Assembly: GCA_036257695.1 (NCBI GenBank)
Contig: DATAFB010000131.1
Coordinates: 1 to 37,808, forward strand
Length of the DNA: 37,808 nucleotides
Origin: Solirubrobacterales bacterium
GTDB taxonomy: Bacteria; Actinomycetota; Thermoleophilia; Solirubrobacterales; 70-9
Direction: 5' to 3'
Made by a program: the position numbers and the translations under genes. Shown here in pieces: positions 16,744 through 25,271 of this stretch (positions are counted from its first letter, which is position 1; every line of letters begins with the position of its first letter). The notes beneath the pieces are model-generated. The model ran no database searches, had not been told where the DNA came from, and was given only the letters and a program-made list of their open reading frames with translations.

Positions 16744-17631
16744 TCAGTTCAGGAGCCGGTCGAGCAGCGCCTTCTGCGCATGGAGGCGGTTCTCCGCCTG
16801 GTCCCAGACGGCCGAGCGCGCGCCGTACAGGACGTCCTCGGCGATCTCCTCGCCGGGATGGGCGGGGAGGCAGTGGAGGGCGATCGCGCCGTCCGCCGCG
16901 GCCGCGAGCTGGTCGGCGTCGACGCGAAACGGGGCCAGGTCCGCCCGCCGGCGATCTGCGTCGGCCTCGTCGCCCATGCTCACCCACACGTCGGTGTAGA
17001 CAGCGTCGGCGCCCGCCACGGCCGCGCGCGGGTCGTCGGCGTCCTCGGCGGCCACCCCGGGCTCGAGCCGGTAGCCCTCGGGCGACGCGACGACGACGTC
17101 GACGCCGGCGGTCCTCCCCAGGATCGCCAGCGAGCGGGCGACGTTGTTGCCGTCGCCGACGTACGCGACGCGCAACCCGCGCAGCTCTCCGAACCGCTCC
17201 CGCAGGGTCAGCAGGTCGGCGAGCGCCTGACACGGATGGTGGGCCGGCGTCAGCCCGTTGACGACCGGAACCGCCGACGCCCGGGCGAGCTCGCCCACCT
17301 TCTCGTCCGACGCCGACCGGATCACGATCGCGTCGAGGTACCGCGACAGCACCCGCGCCGTGTCCCCGATCGACTCGCCGCGCGACAGCTGGAGCTCGTC
17401 GCCGCGCAGGACCACGGGCGTCGCCCCCAGCTCAGCGACGCCGACCTCGAACGACACGCGGGTCCTGGTCGACGGCTTCTCGAACACGAGCGCCACCGAC
17501 CGTCGCGCGAGCGCGTCCGCGCCCACGCCCTCGCGCCGCCCCGCCTTCAGCTCCAACGCGCGGTCGAGCAGCGCCGCCAGCTCGTCCGCCGACAGCTCCT
17601 CGCCGGTGAGGAAGTGGAGCGGGGCCGTCAT
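16744..17631 (-). CDS. argF: Ornithine carbamoyltransferase
   Basis: STRTR carbamoyl-phosphate motif, HPCQALAD, DVWVSMG (ornithine-type DxxxSMG) and HCLPAH are all present. Confidence 0.88.
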   Translation of the reverse strand: MTAPLHFLTGEELSADELAALLDRALELKAGRREGVGADALARRSVALVFEKPSTRTRVSFEVGVAELGATPVVLRGDELQLSRGESIGDTARVLSRYLDAIVIRSASDEKVGELARASAVPVVNGLTPAHHPCQALADLLTLRERFGELRGLRVAYVGDGNNVARSLAILGRTAGVDVVVASPEGYRLEPGVAAEDADDPRAAVAGADAVYTDVWVSMGDEADADRRRADLAPFRVDADQLAAAADGAIALHCLPAHPGEEIAEDVLYGARSAVWDQAENRLHAQKALLDRLLN

Positions 17632-17669
17632 CGAAGCCGCCGATACTACGCCGCATCGAGATCCGGGCC

Positions 17670-18464
17670 TTGAACTGGAACCTGTTCCACGGCCGCGACG
17701 GGCCGCCGGACCCGTCGCTGTACACGCTGCGGTCGAAGTTGCTGCGGATCACCGAGCGCAACGACACCCACGTGCAGGTCAACCGCGACCTGTTCGACGA
17801 GTTCGTCCGCGTGATCGCGGACGCCGAATGGGACGTCGCGCTGCTCCAGGAGTGCCCGCCACGGTGGGCGCGGCCGCTGGCGCAGGCGGCGGGCGCCGAG
17901 GCCCAGCGCGTGCTGACCTCGCGCAACTTGATCCCTCCGCTCCAAGGCGCGCTGCATCGCCTAAACCCCGACCTTCCGGGATCGTGGGAGGGCGGGTCAA
18001 ACACGACGCTGATACGCGGGCTCCGGATCGCCGAGCCGCGGGAGCTCGTGATCCGCCCCGGCGACCCCGAGCGTCGCACGATGGCGTTCTCGCTGCTCGA
18101 CAACGGCGTCTGCGTCGCCAACTTCCACGCCAGCAACGACAACTACCCGCTCGCCGAGGAGGAGGTCAGGCTCGCGGCGGAGACCGCCAGCGGCTGGGCG
18201 ACCGACTCCCCGCTGATCTTCGGCGGCGACTTCAACCTCCGCCCCGCGCGATCGCCGCTTTTCGACGAGCTCGCCGAGCGCTTCGGGCTCCGCGCCCCCA
18301 CCTCGCCCGACGCGATCGACCACCTGCTGGTGCGCGGGCTCGAGGTCCGCGAGGAGCCCCGCCAGTGGCCCCCCGAGGGGCGCGAGATCCCGTGGAACGG
18401 CCTCGCACTGCGGCTCTCGGACCACGCCCCGGTCGAGGCGCTGTTCGCGGCGCCGGCGAGCTAG
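17670..18464 (+). CDS. Endonuclease/exonuclease/phosphatase (EEP) family protein
   Basis: NWNLFHG near the N-terminus, GGDFN, and a C-terminal SDHAPV motif. The only conventional start is TTG 17670. The in-frame upstream codons (RIEIRA) resemble the usual N-terminus, so the true start is uncertain. Confidence 0.75.
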   Translation: MNWNLFHGRDGPPDPSLYTLRSKLLRITERNDTHVQVNRDLFDEFVRVIADAEWDVALLQECPPRWARPLAQAAGAEAQRVLTSRNLIPPLQGALHRLNPDLPGSWEGGSNTTLIRGLRIAEPRELVIRPGDPERRTMAFSLLDNGVCVANFHASNDNYPLAEEEVRLAAETASGWATDSPLIFGGDFNLRPARSPLFDELAERFGLRAPTSPDAIDHLLVRGLEVREEPRQWPPEGREIPWNGLALRLSDHAPVEALFAAPAS

Positions 18465-18515
18465 ATCCGGTTCGCGTACGCCAGGACGTCGCCGGTTAGC
18501 GGTTAGGCTTCGACC

Positions 18516-18794
18516 GTGGCCGAGCGATCACGCAAGCCGAGCCCGGGCGACGCCGAGGAGGGACGAGCCGATAAGAGCGTGCAGGCGTTTCGCGACGCGC
18601 TCGAGAAGAGCGTCACGCTGCCCCGTGACCGGCTGCAGGAGGTCTTCGACGACGCCGTCGCACACGGGCGGATGACCCGCGACGACGCCAACGAGCTCGT
18701 CAGCCGGCTGATCAGCCGCGGCCGGCAGCAGACCGAGTCGATGCTCCGAGACCTCGAGCGCGTCCTCCAGCAGGCGCAGAAGCGCCTGCGCTAG
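18516..18794 (+). CDS. Small helical protein, phasin-like (COG3937-type) hypothetical
   Basis: 92 aa, with a charged helical repeat pattern (RDRLQEVFDDAVAHGRMTRDDANELVSRLISRGRQQTE) like proteins annotated as PHA-granule/phasin-family regulators. High GC3 supports coding. Confidence 0.6.
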   Translation: MAERSRKPSPGDAEEGRADKSVQAFRDALEKSVTLPRDRLQEVFDDAVAHGRMTRDDANELVSRLISRGRQQTESMLRDLERVLQQAQKRLR

Positions 18795-18797
18795 CCG

Positions 18798-19196
18798 TCA
18801 GGACTTCGACGAGCCGCCGCCGCTCGACTTCGCGGCGCCGGACTTCTTGGCGCTGCCTGACTTCGCGCCGGACGACTTCGCGCCGCCCGACTTGGCGCCG
18901 GACTTCTTCGCCCCGTCGCCCTGGAGCTGCTCGCGCCGCTTGCGAACCTCCTTCTCGATCTCGTCGAGCACGTCGGCGGTGGCGCTCTGGAGCCAGTCCC
19001 TGAAGCTGTCGAGCTGGGCGCGCAGGTCGCCGGACGAGGCGGCGGTGGAGGCGTCCCGGATCCGGGAGACCGCGGACTCGATGCCCGAGCGAACGTCCCC
19101 GGTGGCGCTCTCGCCCGCCTTCCTCAGGTCCTCGAGTGCCTTCTGGAGGTCGCTGGTGAGCCGCTCGCGCCGGCCCTTGGTCTGGCTGGATTCCAT
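18798..19196 (-). CDS. Hypothetical helical protein with a Lys/Ser/Gly/Ala-repeat C-terminal tail
   Basis: I chose ATG 19196 (MESSQTKG...), preceded by RBS AAAGGAG, over the track TTG at 19211. The C-terminus is GAKKSGAKSGGAKSSGAKSGSAKKSGAAKSSGGGSSKS. Confidence 0.6.
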   Translation of the reverse strand: MESSQTKGRRERLTSDLQKALEDLRKAGESATGDVRSGIESAVSRIRDASTAASSGDLRAQLDSFRDWLQSATADVLDEIEKEVRKRREQLQGDGAKKSGAKSGGAKSSGAKSGSAKKSGAAKSSGGGSSKS

Positions 19197-19218
19197 AGAA
19201 ACTCCTTTCAAAACGCCC

Positions 19219-19234
19219 GATCTGCAAGCAGATC
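19219..19234 (-). promoter_or_regulatory. Inverted repeat GATCTGC-NN-GCAGATC between the peptidase stop and the small gene's RBS
   Basis: On the minus strand it is followed by GGGCGTTTTG and then AAAGGAG-N5-ATG. It could be an intrinsic-terminator-like hairpin for the peptidase gene or an operator for the 132-aa gene. Confidence 0.3.
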
Positions 19235-19276
19235 GTGCGGTCGCTGGCGGGCTCGCTCAAGCCTAACCCTTCACGG

Positions 19277-20770
19277 TCACGGCGAGGCCGTCGCGAAGTC
19301 GGCCTCCAGCACCCCCAGGTCGAGCTCCTCTCCGAGCGTCTCCGAGAGCAGCTCTGCGGCGCCGAGCCGCTGGCCCTGCGACCACAGCTCGCGCAGCCAC
19401 CCGCCGGCTGCCTCGGCCTCGAACCACCGCTGCCCGAAGCGATCGCGCAGCGCCCGCCGCCACGACGTCTCCAGCGCCCACGCGCGCAGGTAGCACGCCG
19501 CGTAGAACCCCGGGTCGACGTCCGCGAGCCAGCTCGCCCGGGGCCACGGCACCCGGGTGTCGGCTCCGAGCAGCTCCGCGTACCGGTCCGGCATCGCGTC
19601 GAGGTCCGGGTCCGCGTCGTGCAGCTCGAGCTCGTACGCGATCTTCGCCGCGTAGCGGCGCAGCATCACCAGCTTGACCGCGCGCGCGTAGCCCAGGATC
19701 GGCTCCGGCTCGGCGATCCCGAGCCGCGCCCGCAGCCACTCCGGGTCCTCGGTCAGGTGCTGGAGCAGGAACGCGAACGACTCGGTGACCGAGTTGTCCC
19801 CGAGGTGGCGGAACTCGAACGCGAGCGCCGGGTCGACGTGAGCGAAGTGCTCGACGTGTCCCCCCTCGTGGAACAGGGACTCGTAGTCGTCGCGACCGCC
19901 GCTCGGGGCGATGACGAGGTGGATCTCGCCCGGCACCCTGGGCGTGGCGCAGAAGGCGCGCGAGCTCTTGCTGGGCCGCGACTCCGTGTCGAGGTGGACG
20001 TTTCGCTGCGCCTCGAGGTCGATCCCGATGCCGGCGAGGGTGTCGGCGAACGTGGGCACCAGCCGGTCGGCCGGGAATCCGGCGTCCAGCCCCGGGGCGC
20101 GGAAGAAGCGCGGCAGGTCGGATCGGCGCAGCTCGCCGAGCGGCGGCAGGGCGACGGACTCAAGCCGTGGGTCGACGAGGCCGGCATAGGCGTCGTCGGT
20201 CGCGCGCACGAACCCCCGTGCCTGGTCCGCGAGCGCCTCGACGTCGACCCCGCGCAGATCCGCGAACGCGGCGCGGTAGCTCGCCCAGCCGAGCTCGCGC
20301 GCGAGCTCGTGCGCGCGCTCGAGCGAGACGCGGTGGATGGGGTTGAGGCGCTCGATCAGCAGCTCGTCGCGGGCCGCCTCGATCGCAGCGCGCCGCCTCG
20401 CGTCGGGCTCGTTGGCGAGCGCGACCGGCACGCCGCGATACGGGATCGCGGCCGAGTCGACCGCGACCTCGAGCGACGACTCGAGCTCGGCGAGCTCGGT
20501 GGCCTCGCGCTTGTTCGCCTGCCCGAGGTGGCCCTCGAACGCGAACGCGAGCAGGTAGCGGACGCCTCGCGCGCGCTCGCCGCTCGCCGCCTCCGCGGCG
20601 TCGCGCAGGCCCTCGACCGCACGGCGCGAGAATAGCTCCGCGTGGCGGTCGTAGATCGGCTCGATCTCGAACTCGCGCTTGCGGCCGGAGAGGTGGAGGT
20701 AGTACTCGCGGTCGATCTGCTCGGTGAACTCCTCCGCGGAGTCCCGGAAGCTGTCGAGCTCCAGGGCCAT
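19277..20770 (-). CDS. M3-family-like zinc metallopeptidase (oligoendopeptidase F-like)
   Basis: HExxH in M3-like context (AFCATPRVPGEIHLVIAPSGGRDDYESLFHEGGHVEH). I chose ATG 20770 (MALELDSFRD...). The upstream 148 codons of the track ORF are Arg/Ala-rich and overlap rlmD. Confidence 0.75.
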   Translation of the reverse strand: MALELDSFRDSAEEFTEQIDREYYLHLSGRKREFEIEPIYDRHAELFSRRAVEGLRDAAEAASGERARGVRYLLAFAFEGHLGQANKREATELAELESSLEVAVDSAAIPYRGVPVALANEPDARRRAAIEAARDELLIERLNPIHRVSLERAHELARELGWASYRAAFADLRGVDVEALADQARGFVRATDDAYAGLVDPRLESVALPPLGELRRSDLPRFFRAPGLDAGFPADRLVPTFADTLAGIGIDLEAQRNVHLDTESRPSKSSRAFCATPRVPGEIHLVIAPSGGRDDYESLFHEGGHVEHFAHVDPALAFEFRHLGDNSVTESFAFLLQHLTEDPEWLRARLGIAEPEPILGYARAVKLVMLRRYAAKIAYELELHDADPDLDAMPDRYAELLGADTRVPWPRASWLADVDPGFYAACYLRAWALETSWRRALRDRFGQRWFEAEAAGGWLRELWSQGQRLGAAELLSETLGEELDLGVLEADFATASP

Positions 20771-20790
20771 GACGCTGCAACGATAGGTCG

Positions 20791-22125
20791 GTGGAGACTT
20801 CGCAGCGGGAGCGGCCGCGCAAGGGAGACGAGCTCGAGCTCGACGTCGAGGGGCTGGCGTTCGGCGGGCGCGGGGTCGCGCGCTCGAACGGCTACGTCGT
20901 CTTCGTCGCCGGCGCCCTGCCGGGCGACCGGGTACGCGCGGCGCTGACCAAGGCCAAGCGCGGCTACGCCGAGGCGCGCGCCGTCGAGCTCGTGCGGCCG
21001 AGCGCCGAGCGTGTCCCTGACCGCTGCATGCACGGCGGCGAGCCGTGCCCCGGCGCCCCGTGGCAGGGGCTTCCGTACGAGCGCCAGCTCGAGCACAAGC
21101 AGGAACAGGTCGCCGACGCCCTCGAGCGGATCGGCGGGCTCGAGGGGCTCGAGCTCGAGCCGATCGAGCCCGCCGTCGACGGGTGGCGCTACCGCAACAA
21201 GCTCGAGTACTCATTCGGGGCCGGCGACGACCGGCTCGTGCTCGGCTTCCACGCCCGCGCCCGCTGGGACGTGGTAGTAGACGTCGACGACTGCCTGCTC
21301 GCCTCGGAGCCCAACAACCGCGCCCGCAACGAGCTACGCGAGTGGGCGCGGACGGAGGGTATCCCGTCGTACGACCGGCGCGCCCGCGACGGGGTGCTGC
21401 GCAACCTCGTCGTCCGCGAGGGCCGGCGCACGGGGCAGCTTCAGACCCGCCTCGTCACCTCGCCCGCCGCGTTCGCCCGCCCGCCGGTCGACCTCCACAC
21501 CGTGATCGAGGGCCCCTCCGGCGGCACCCACGGACCGACCGGCGCGCTCGGCGAGGAGCATCTCACCGAGCGGGTGTCCGGGCTCGACATGCGGATCTCG
21601 CCGTATGCCTTCTTCCAGACGAACACGGAGATGGCCGAGCGGCTGTACGCGATCGCGGGCGAGTACGCCGCCCTGCGCGGAACCGAGCGCCTCTTCGACC
21701 TCTACTGCGGGATCGGGACGATCGGGCTCACCCTCGCCCCAGGCGCAGGCGAGGTGTGGGGGCTCGAGGTGGTCGAGGCGGCGATCGCCGACGCGGAGCA
21801 CAACGCCCGCGCGAACGGGATCGCCAACGCCCGCTTCGTCGCCGCCGACGCGCGGCTCGGCGTCCGCCCCCTGATCGAGCGCGCGGGACGTCCCGACGTC
21901 GTCGTCGTCGACCCGCCCCGGGCGGGCCTGTCGAAGAAGGTCGTGCGGCGCGTGATCGAGTGCGGCGCGCGGCGGATCGTGTACGTGTCGTGCAACCCGA
22001 CCACGCTGGCGCCGAACGCGGACCAGCTCGCGTCCGCCGGCTATAGGCTGGGCCGCGTGCGCCCGGTTGACATGTTCCCCCAGACCCCGCACATCGAGTG
22101 CGTGGCGCTGCTGGAGAGAGATTGA
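20791..22125 (+). CDS. rlmD: TRAM-domain 23S rRNA (uracil-C5)-methyltransferase (RlmD/TrmA family)
   Basis: N-terminal TRAM-like segment (LELDVEGLAFGGRGVARSNGYVVFVAGALPGDRV), SAM motif DLYCGIGT, catalytic VYVSCNP, and FPQTPHIECVALLE at the C-terminus. Confidence 0.85.
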   Translation: METSQRERPRKGDELELDVEGLAFGGRGVARSNGYVVFVAGALPGDRVRAALTKAKRGYAEARAVELVRPSAERVPDRCMHGGEPCPGAPWQGLPYERQLEHKQEQVADALERIGGLEGLELEPIEPAVDGWRYRNKLEYSFGAGDDRLVLGFHARARWDVVVDVDDCLLASEPNNRARNELREWARTEGIPSYDRRARDGVLRNLVVREGRRTGQLQTRLVTSPAAFARPPVDLHTVIEGPSGGTHGPTGALGEEHLTERVSGLDMRISPYAFFQTNTEMAERLYAIAGEYAALRGTERLFDLYCGIGTIGLTLAPGAGEVWGLEVVEAAIADAEHNARANGIANARFVAADARLGVRPLIERAGRPDVVVVDPPRAGLSKKVVRRVIECGARRIVYVSCNPTTLAPNADQLASAGYRLGRVRPVDMFPQTPHIECVALLERD

Positions 22126-22925
22126 GCCGAGCGTTCGGGGTCACCGCAGGGCTGGAGCGGGGAATCGCGGAGCCGCTCGCGGGACGCTGCCAGATGCTCG
22201 GCTACGAGTCGATGTGGTCGAACGACCACCCGGCGGCGAGCGGTCTCGACACGCTGGCCGCGTTTGCCCGGTCGGTGCCGGGGATCGATCTCGGGGTCGC
22301 GGTGCTGCCGCTGGATCGTCACTCCCCGCGCGAGATCGCACGCAGGATTCAGGAGCTCGGGTTGCCGCGCGAGCGGTTGTGGATCGGCGTGGGGGCGGGC
22401 TTCTCCGAGCGCCCGTTAACCCGGATGCGAGATGCGTTGCCAGCGCTGCGAGATGAGCTTCCCGATGTCCGCCTCGTGCTCGCCGCGATGGGACCGAAGA
22501 TGTGCTCGCTCGCCGGCGCCGCGTACGACGGCGCGTTCCTTAACTGGATGACGCCCGAGTTCGCCGCCGGTGCCCGCCGGCAGGTCCACGCCGGGGCGCG
22601 CGAGGCCGGCCGCAAGCCGCCGCCGGTGCTCGGCTACGTACGGGTCGCGGTCGGGCGCGACGCGCGGGAACGCCTGCTCAAGGACGAATCCTTCTATCGC
22701 GACCTTCACGACGGCTATCGCAGCCACTTCGCTCGGCTCGATGCGGAGCCCGGCTCCGTCGGGGTCGCGAGCGAGAGCCCCCACGCGGCGCATGCGGACC
22801 TCTCTCGTTACGAGGGACCGCTCGACGTCGTCGTGATCCGCGCGCTGGCGAGCGCGACACTGCGGGCGATGACGGCGCTCGCCGAGGCGGTTGCCCCGGG
22901 CGGCTCGGAGGCGCGGCTCACGTGA
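22122..22925 (+). CDS. Luciferase-like (LLM class) flavin/F420-dependent oxidoreductase
   Basis: I chose TTG 22122 (TTGA overlap with the rlmD stop), giving the N-terminus SRAFGVTAG typical of LLM proteins. GYESMWSNDH and the rest of the LLM fold pattern follow. Confidence 0.75.
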   Translation: MSRAFGVTAGLERGIAEPLAGRCQMLGYESMWSNDHPAASGLDTLAAFARSVPGIDLGVAVLPLDRHSPREIARRIQELGLPRERLWIGVGAGFSERPLTRMRDALPALRDELPDVRLVLAAMGPKMCSLAGAAYDGAFLNWMTPEFAAGARRQVHAGAREAGRKPPPVLGYVRVAVGRDARERLLKDESFYRDLHDGYRSHFARLDAEPGSVGVASESPHAAHADLSRYEGPLDVVVIRALASATLRAMTALAEAVAPGGSEARLT

Positions 22926-24412
22926 CCGCGCGGCGGGTGGCGCTGGTGGCGCGTCCGCTCGGCGTCGCGGCCGCGCTCCATCTCGCGGCGGCGGCCCCGT
23001 CCTTCGCCGCGCCGAAGCCCCCGCTCGGCCACGAAGGGCGCTGGATCACCGACGCCGCGGGGCGGGTCGTGATCCTGCACGGGTTCAACATGGTCTACAA
23101 GGTCGGCTCCTACCGCCCCGAGGACACCGGTTTCGGTCGCGACGACGCGCGCTTCCTGCACCGGCACGGCTTCAACACGGTTCGGCTCGGGATCATCTAC
23201 AAGGGCCTGGAGCCGAACCCGCCCGGGCCGGACGGCAAGCCGCGATACAAGCGCGGCTACCTGCGCAGCATCGCCCGCACCGAGCGCGCGCTCGCGAGGA
23301 GCAAGATCTTCACCCTGCTCGACTTCCACCAGGACCTCTACAACGAGCGCTTCGAGGGCGAGGGATGGCCCGACTGGCAGACGCTCGACGATGGACTGCC
23401 GGCGGAACCCGAGAACGGGTTCCCGACCAACTACCTGACGATGCCCGCGCTGCAGCGCGCGTTCGACCACTTCTGGGCCAACGACGCGGCGCAGGGGGTT
23501 TCGCTCCAGGAGGCGTACGCGCGCGCGTGGCGGGTGGTCGCGCGGCGGTTCGAGCGCCGACCCCGGGTGGCGGGCTACGACCTGCTCAACGAGCCGTGGC
23601 CCGGCTCGGTTTTCCCAGGCTGCCTCAACCCGGCGGGATGCCCCGCTTTCGACTCCGGCTCGCTGACCCCGTTCTCGAAGCGGACGATGAGGGCGATCAG
23701 GTCGGTGGACCGCACCACGATGGCCTTCTACGAGCCCAACGTCCTGTTCGACTACGGTGCGCGGACCTCGCACGGCGATACGGGCGACCGCCACGCCGGG
23801 TTCAGTTTCCATCCGTACTGCCTGCAGGGAGGGGGTGGCGTCGGAACGACATCGTGCGAAGACAACCTGCGTTCCGTGTTCCGAAACGCTGCCAACCACG
23901 TCGAACGGACCGGCGATGCCTCGCTGGTGACTGAGTTCGGCGCCACCGATGAGCTCGCTCGGATCCGCCAGGTGATCGACCTCGCTGACCGCCACATGGT
24001 GGGGTGGCAGTACTGGCACTACTGCGACTGCGACGACCCCACGACCGATGGTCCCGGGGTGCAGGCGCTCGTGATCGACCCCTCCGAACCGCCGCGCGGC
24101 GACAACGTCAAGCGCCCGAAGCTGAAGCTGCTGGCGCGGCCGTTCCCGCAGGCGGTCGCGGGAACCCCGACGCGGTACTCGTTCGATCCCGACGCCGGTG
24201 TCTTCGAACTCGTCTACTCGACGCGCGGCCCCGACGGTGACCGGCTCCCCCGCCGCGCGCAGACCGAGATCCGGGTGCCGAGGATCAACTTCCCGGACGG
24301 CTATTCCGCGCAGGTGGACGGGGCCGCAGTGACGTCCCGCGACGACGCACCGGTGCTGCGGCTGCGGCGGGAGCTGGGTGCGGACCAGGTCAGCGTGCTC
24401 GTGCGGCCCTAG
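22922..24412 (+). CDS. Secreted glycoside hydrolase family 5 (endoglycoceramidase/cellulase-like) with a C-terminal beta-sandwich domain
   Basis: GTG 22922 (GTGA overlap with the LLM stop). Signal peptide ends ...AAAAPSFA. GH5 acid/base LLNEPWPG and nucleophile VTEFGA are present, along with HGFNTVRLG and LLDFHQDLYNERF, as in endoglycoceramidase-type GH5. Confidence 0.8.
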   Translation: MTARRVALVARPLGVAAALHLAAAAPSFAAPKPPLGHEGRWITDAAGRVVILHGFNMVYKVGSYRPEDTGFGRDDARFLHRHGFNTVRLGIIYKGLEPNPPGPDGKPRYKRGYLRSIARTERALARSKIFTLLDFHQDLYNERFEGEGWPDWQTLDDGLPAEPENGFPTNYLTMPALQRAFDHFWANDAAQGVSLQEAYARAWRVVARRFERRPRVAGYDLLNEPWPGSVFPGCLNPAGCPAFDSGSLTPFSKRTMRAIRSVDRTTMAFYEPNVLFDYGARTSHGDTGDRHAGFSFHPYCLQGGGGVGTTSCEDNLRSVFRNAANHVERTGDASLVTEFGATDELARIRQVIDLADRHMVGWQYWHYCDCDDPTTDGPGVQALVIDPSEPPRGDNVKRPKLKLLARPFPQAVAGTPTRYSFDPDAGVFELVYSTRGPDGDRLPRRAQTEIRVPRINFPDGYSAQVDGAAVTSRDDAPVLRLRRELGADQVSVLVRP

Positions 24413-24438
24413 GCGCCGTCGCCTAGACTCAGCTCGGG

Positions 24439-24618
24439 ATGGACCTCGAGGAGCGCTCGATCGAGGAGCTGCCCGACCGCTGTCAGAGCTGCGGGGCGCA
24501 GCTCACCGACGCCGAGAAGCAGGCGGCGCTGGAGTCCGGCCGCAGCCTGGTGCTGTGCACGACCTGCGCCGCAGAGCAGGTGCCGCTGGCGGACGACGTC
24601 GAGGAGCCTGACGTCTAG
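24439..24618 (+). CDS. 59-aa zinc-ribbon-like protein (not in the supplied ORF track)
   Basis: ATG 24439 to TAG 24618: MDLEERSIEELPDRCQSCGAQLTDAEKQAALESGRSLVLCTTCAAEQVPLADDVEEPDV. It has two CxxC pairs and strongly G/C-biased third codon positions, like the neighbouring genes. Confidence 0.55.
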   Translation: MDLEERSIEELPDRCQSCGAQLTDAEKQAALESGRSLVLCTTCAAEQVPLADDVEEPDV

Positions 24619-25271
24619 TAAGGCGGCAGCTCGTCGTACCACGCGCCGAGCGAGCGAAACGCGCCCCAGAACTCGCGCTTCGTGCCCTCCTCGTCGAGGG
24701 CCGCGTCGATGTCGGGGACGAACAGCGCGTCGACGGTCGGGGTCAGCGACTGCACCTCGCCGGGGTCGGGCTCCAGCCGCCGCGACAGCGGAACCTCGAG
24801 CTCGTTCAGCGTCTCCAGCGCGGGCTCGCCCATGACGACGACGATCCGCGGCGAGACGATCGCCAGCTCCTCGACCAGCCTCGCGACGCAACCCGGGTCG
24901 GCGAGCGCGGGATCCGACAGCGGGCACTTGACGCACAGCGTCCCGTACACGACCAGCGGGTCGATGCCCAGCCGCTTGAAGCTCTTCATCAGCGCGTTCC
25001 CGGCGCGACCGTAGAACGCGACGCCCTCCTCGACCTCGGCGGCGGTCGGAGCGTGCTTGAGCAGGACGACGTCGGCCTGAGGGTGGCCCGAGCCGAGCAC
25101 CGGCTGCAGCCTGCCGCGGGGGCATCCCTCGCAGGCCTGGAGCTCGCGGGTGAGGTCGTTGAGCTCGCGGATCGCCCGCTCCAGGTACTTCTCCTGGATC
25201 TCGTCGTCGGTCGTCGGCACAGTCCGGCCTCTCTTTGACGATCCGCGACCGGCTCCTGCGGAGTGCATCAC
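24615..25271 (-). CDS. Uracil-DNA glycosylase superfamily (family-4-like, Fe-S type) protein with diverged catalytic motifs
   Basis: Family-4-like layout: CEGC ... VLGSGHPQADVVLL ... FYGRAGNAL ... VKC ... GC. The start is uncertain: ATG 25271 overlaps the upstream stop, and GTG 25220 with an AGAGAGG RBS is an alternative. Confidence 0.7.
   Translation of the reverse strand: MMHSAGAGRGSSKRGRTVPTTDDEIQEKYLERAIRELNDLTRELQACEGCPRGRLQPVLGSGHPQADVVLLKHAPTAAEVEEGVAFYGRAGNALMKSFKRLGIDPLVVYGTLCVKCPLSDPALADPGCVARLVEELAIVSPRIVVVMGEPALETLNELEVPLSRRLEPDPGEVQSLTPTVDALFVPDIDAALDEEGTKREFWGAFRSLGAWYDELPPY

Noticed and set aside
18798-18915. Tandem GACTTCGCGCCG-like DNA repeats as a VNTR or non-coding repeat
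   Set aside because: The repeats are in frame and encode the (G/A)AKS tail of the 132-aa ORF, so they reflect a low-complexity protein segment rather than an intergenic repeat array.
20771-21214. N-terminal 148-codon extension of the 645-aa peptidase ORF
   Set aside because: The extension is Arg/Ala-rich and overlaps the well-supported rlmD gene on the other strand. The peptidase-like sequence starts at Met 20770.
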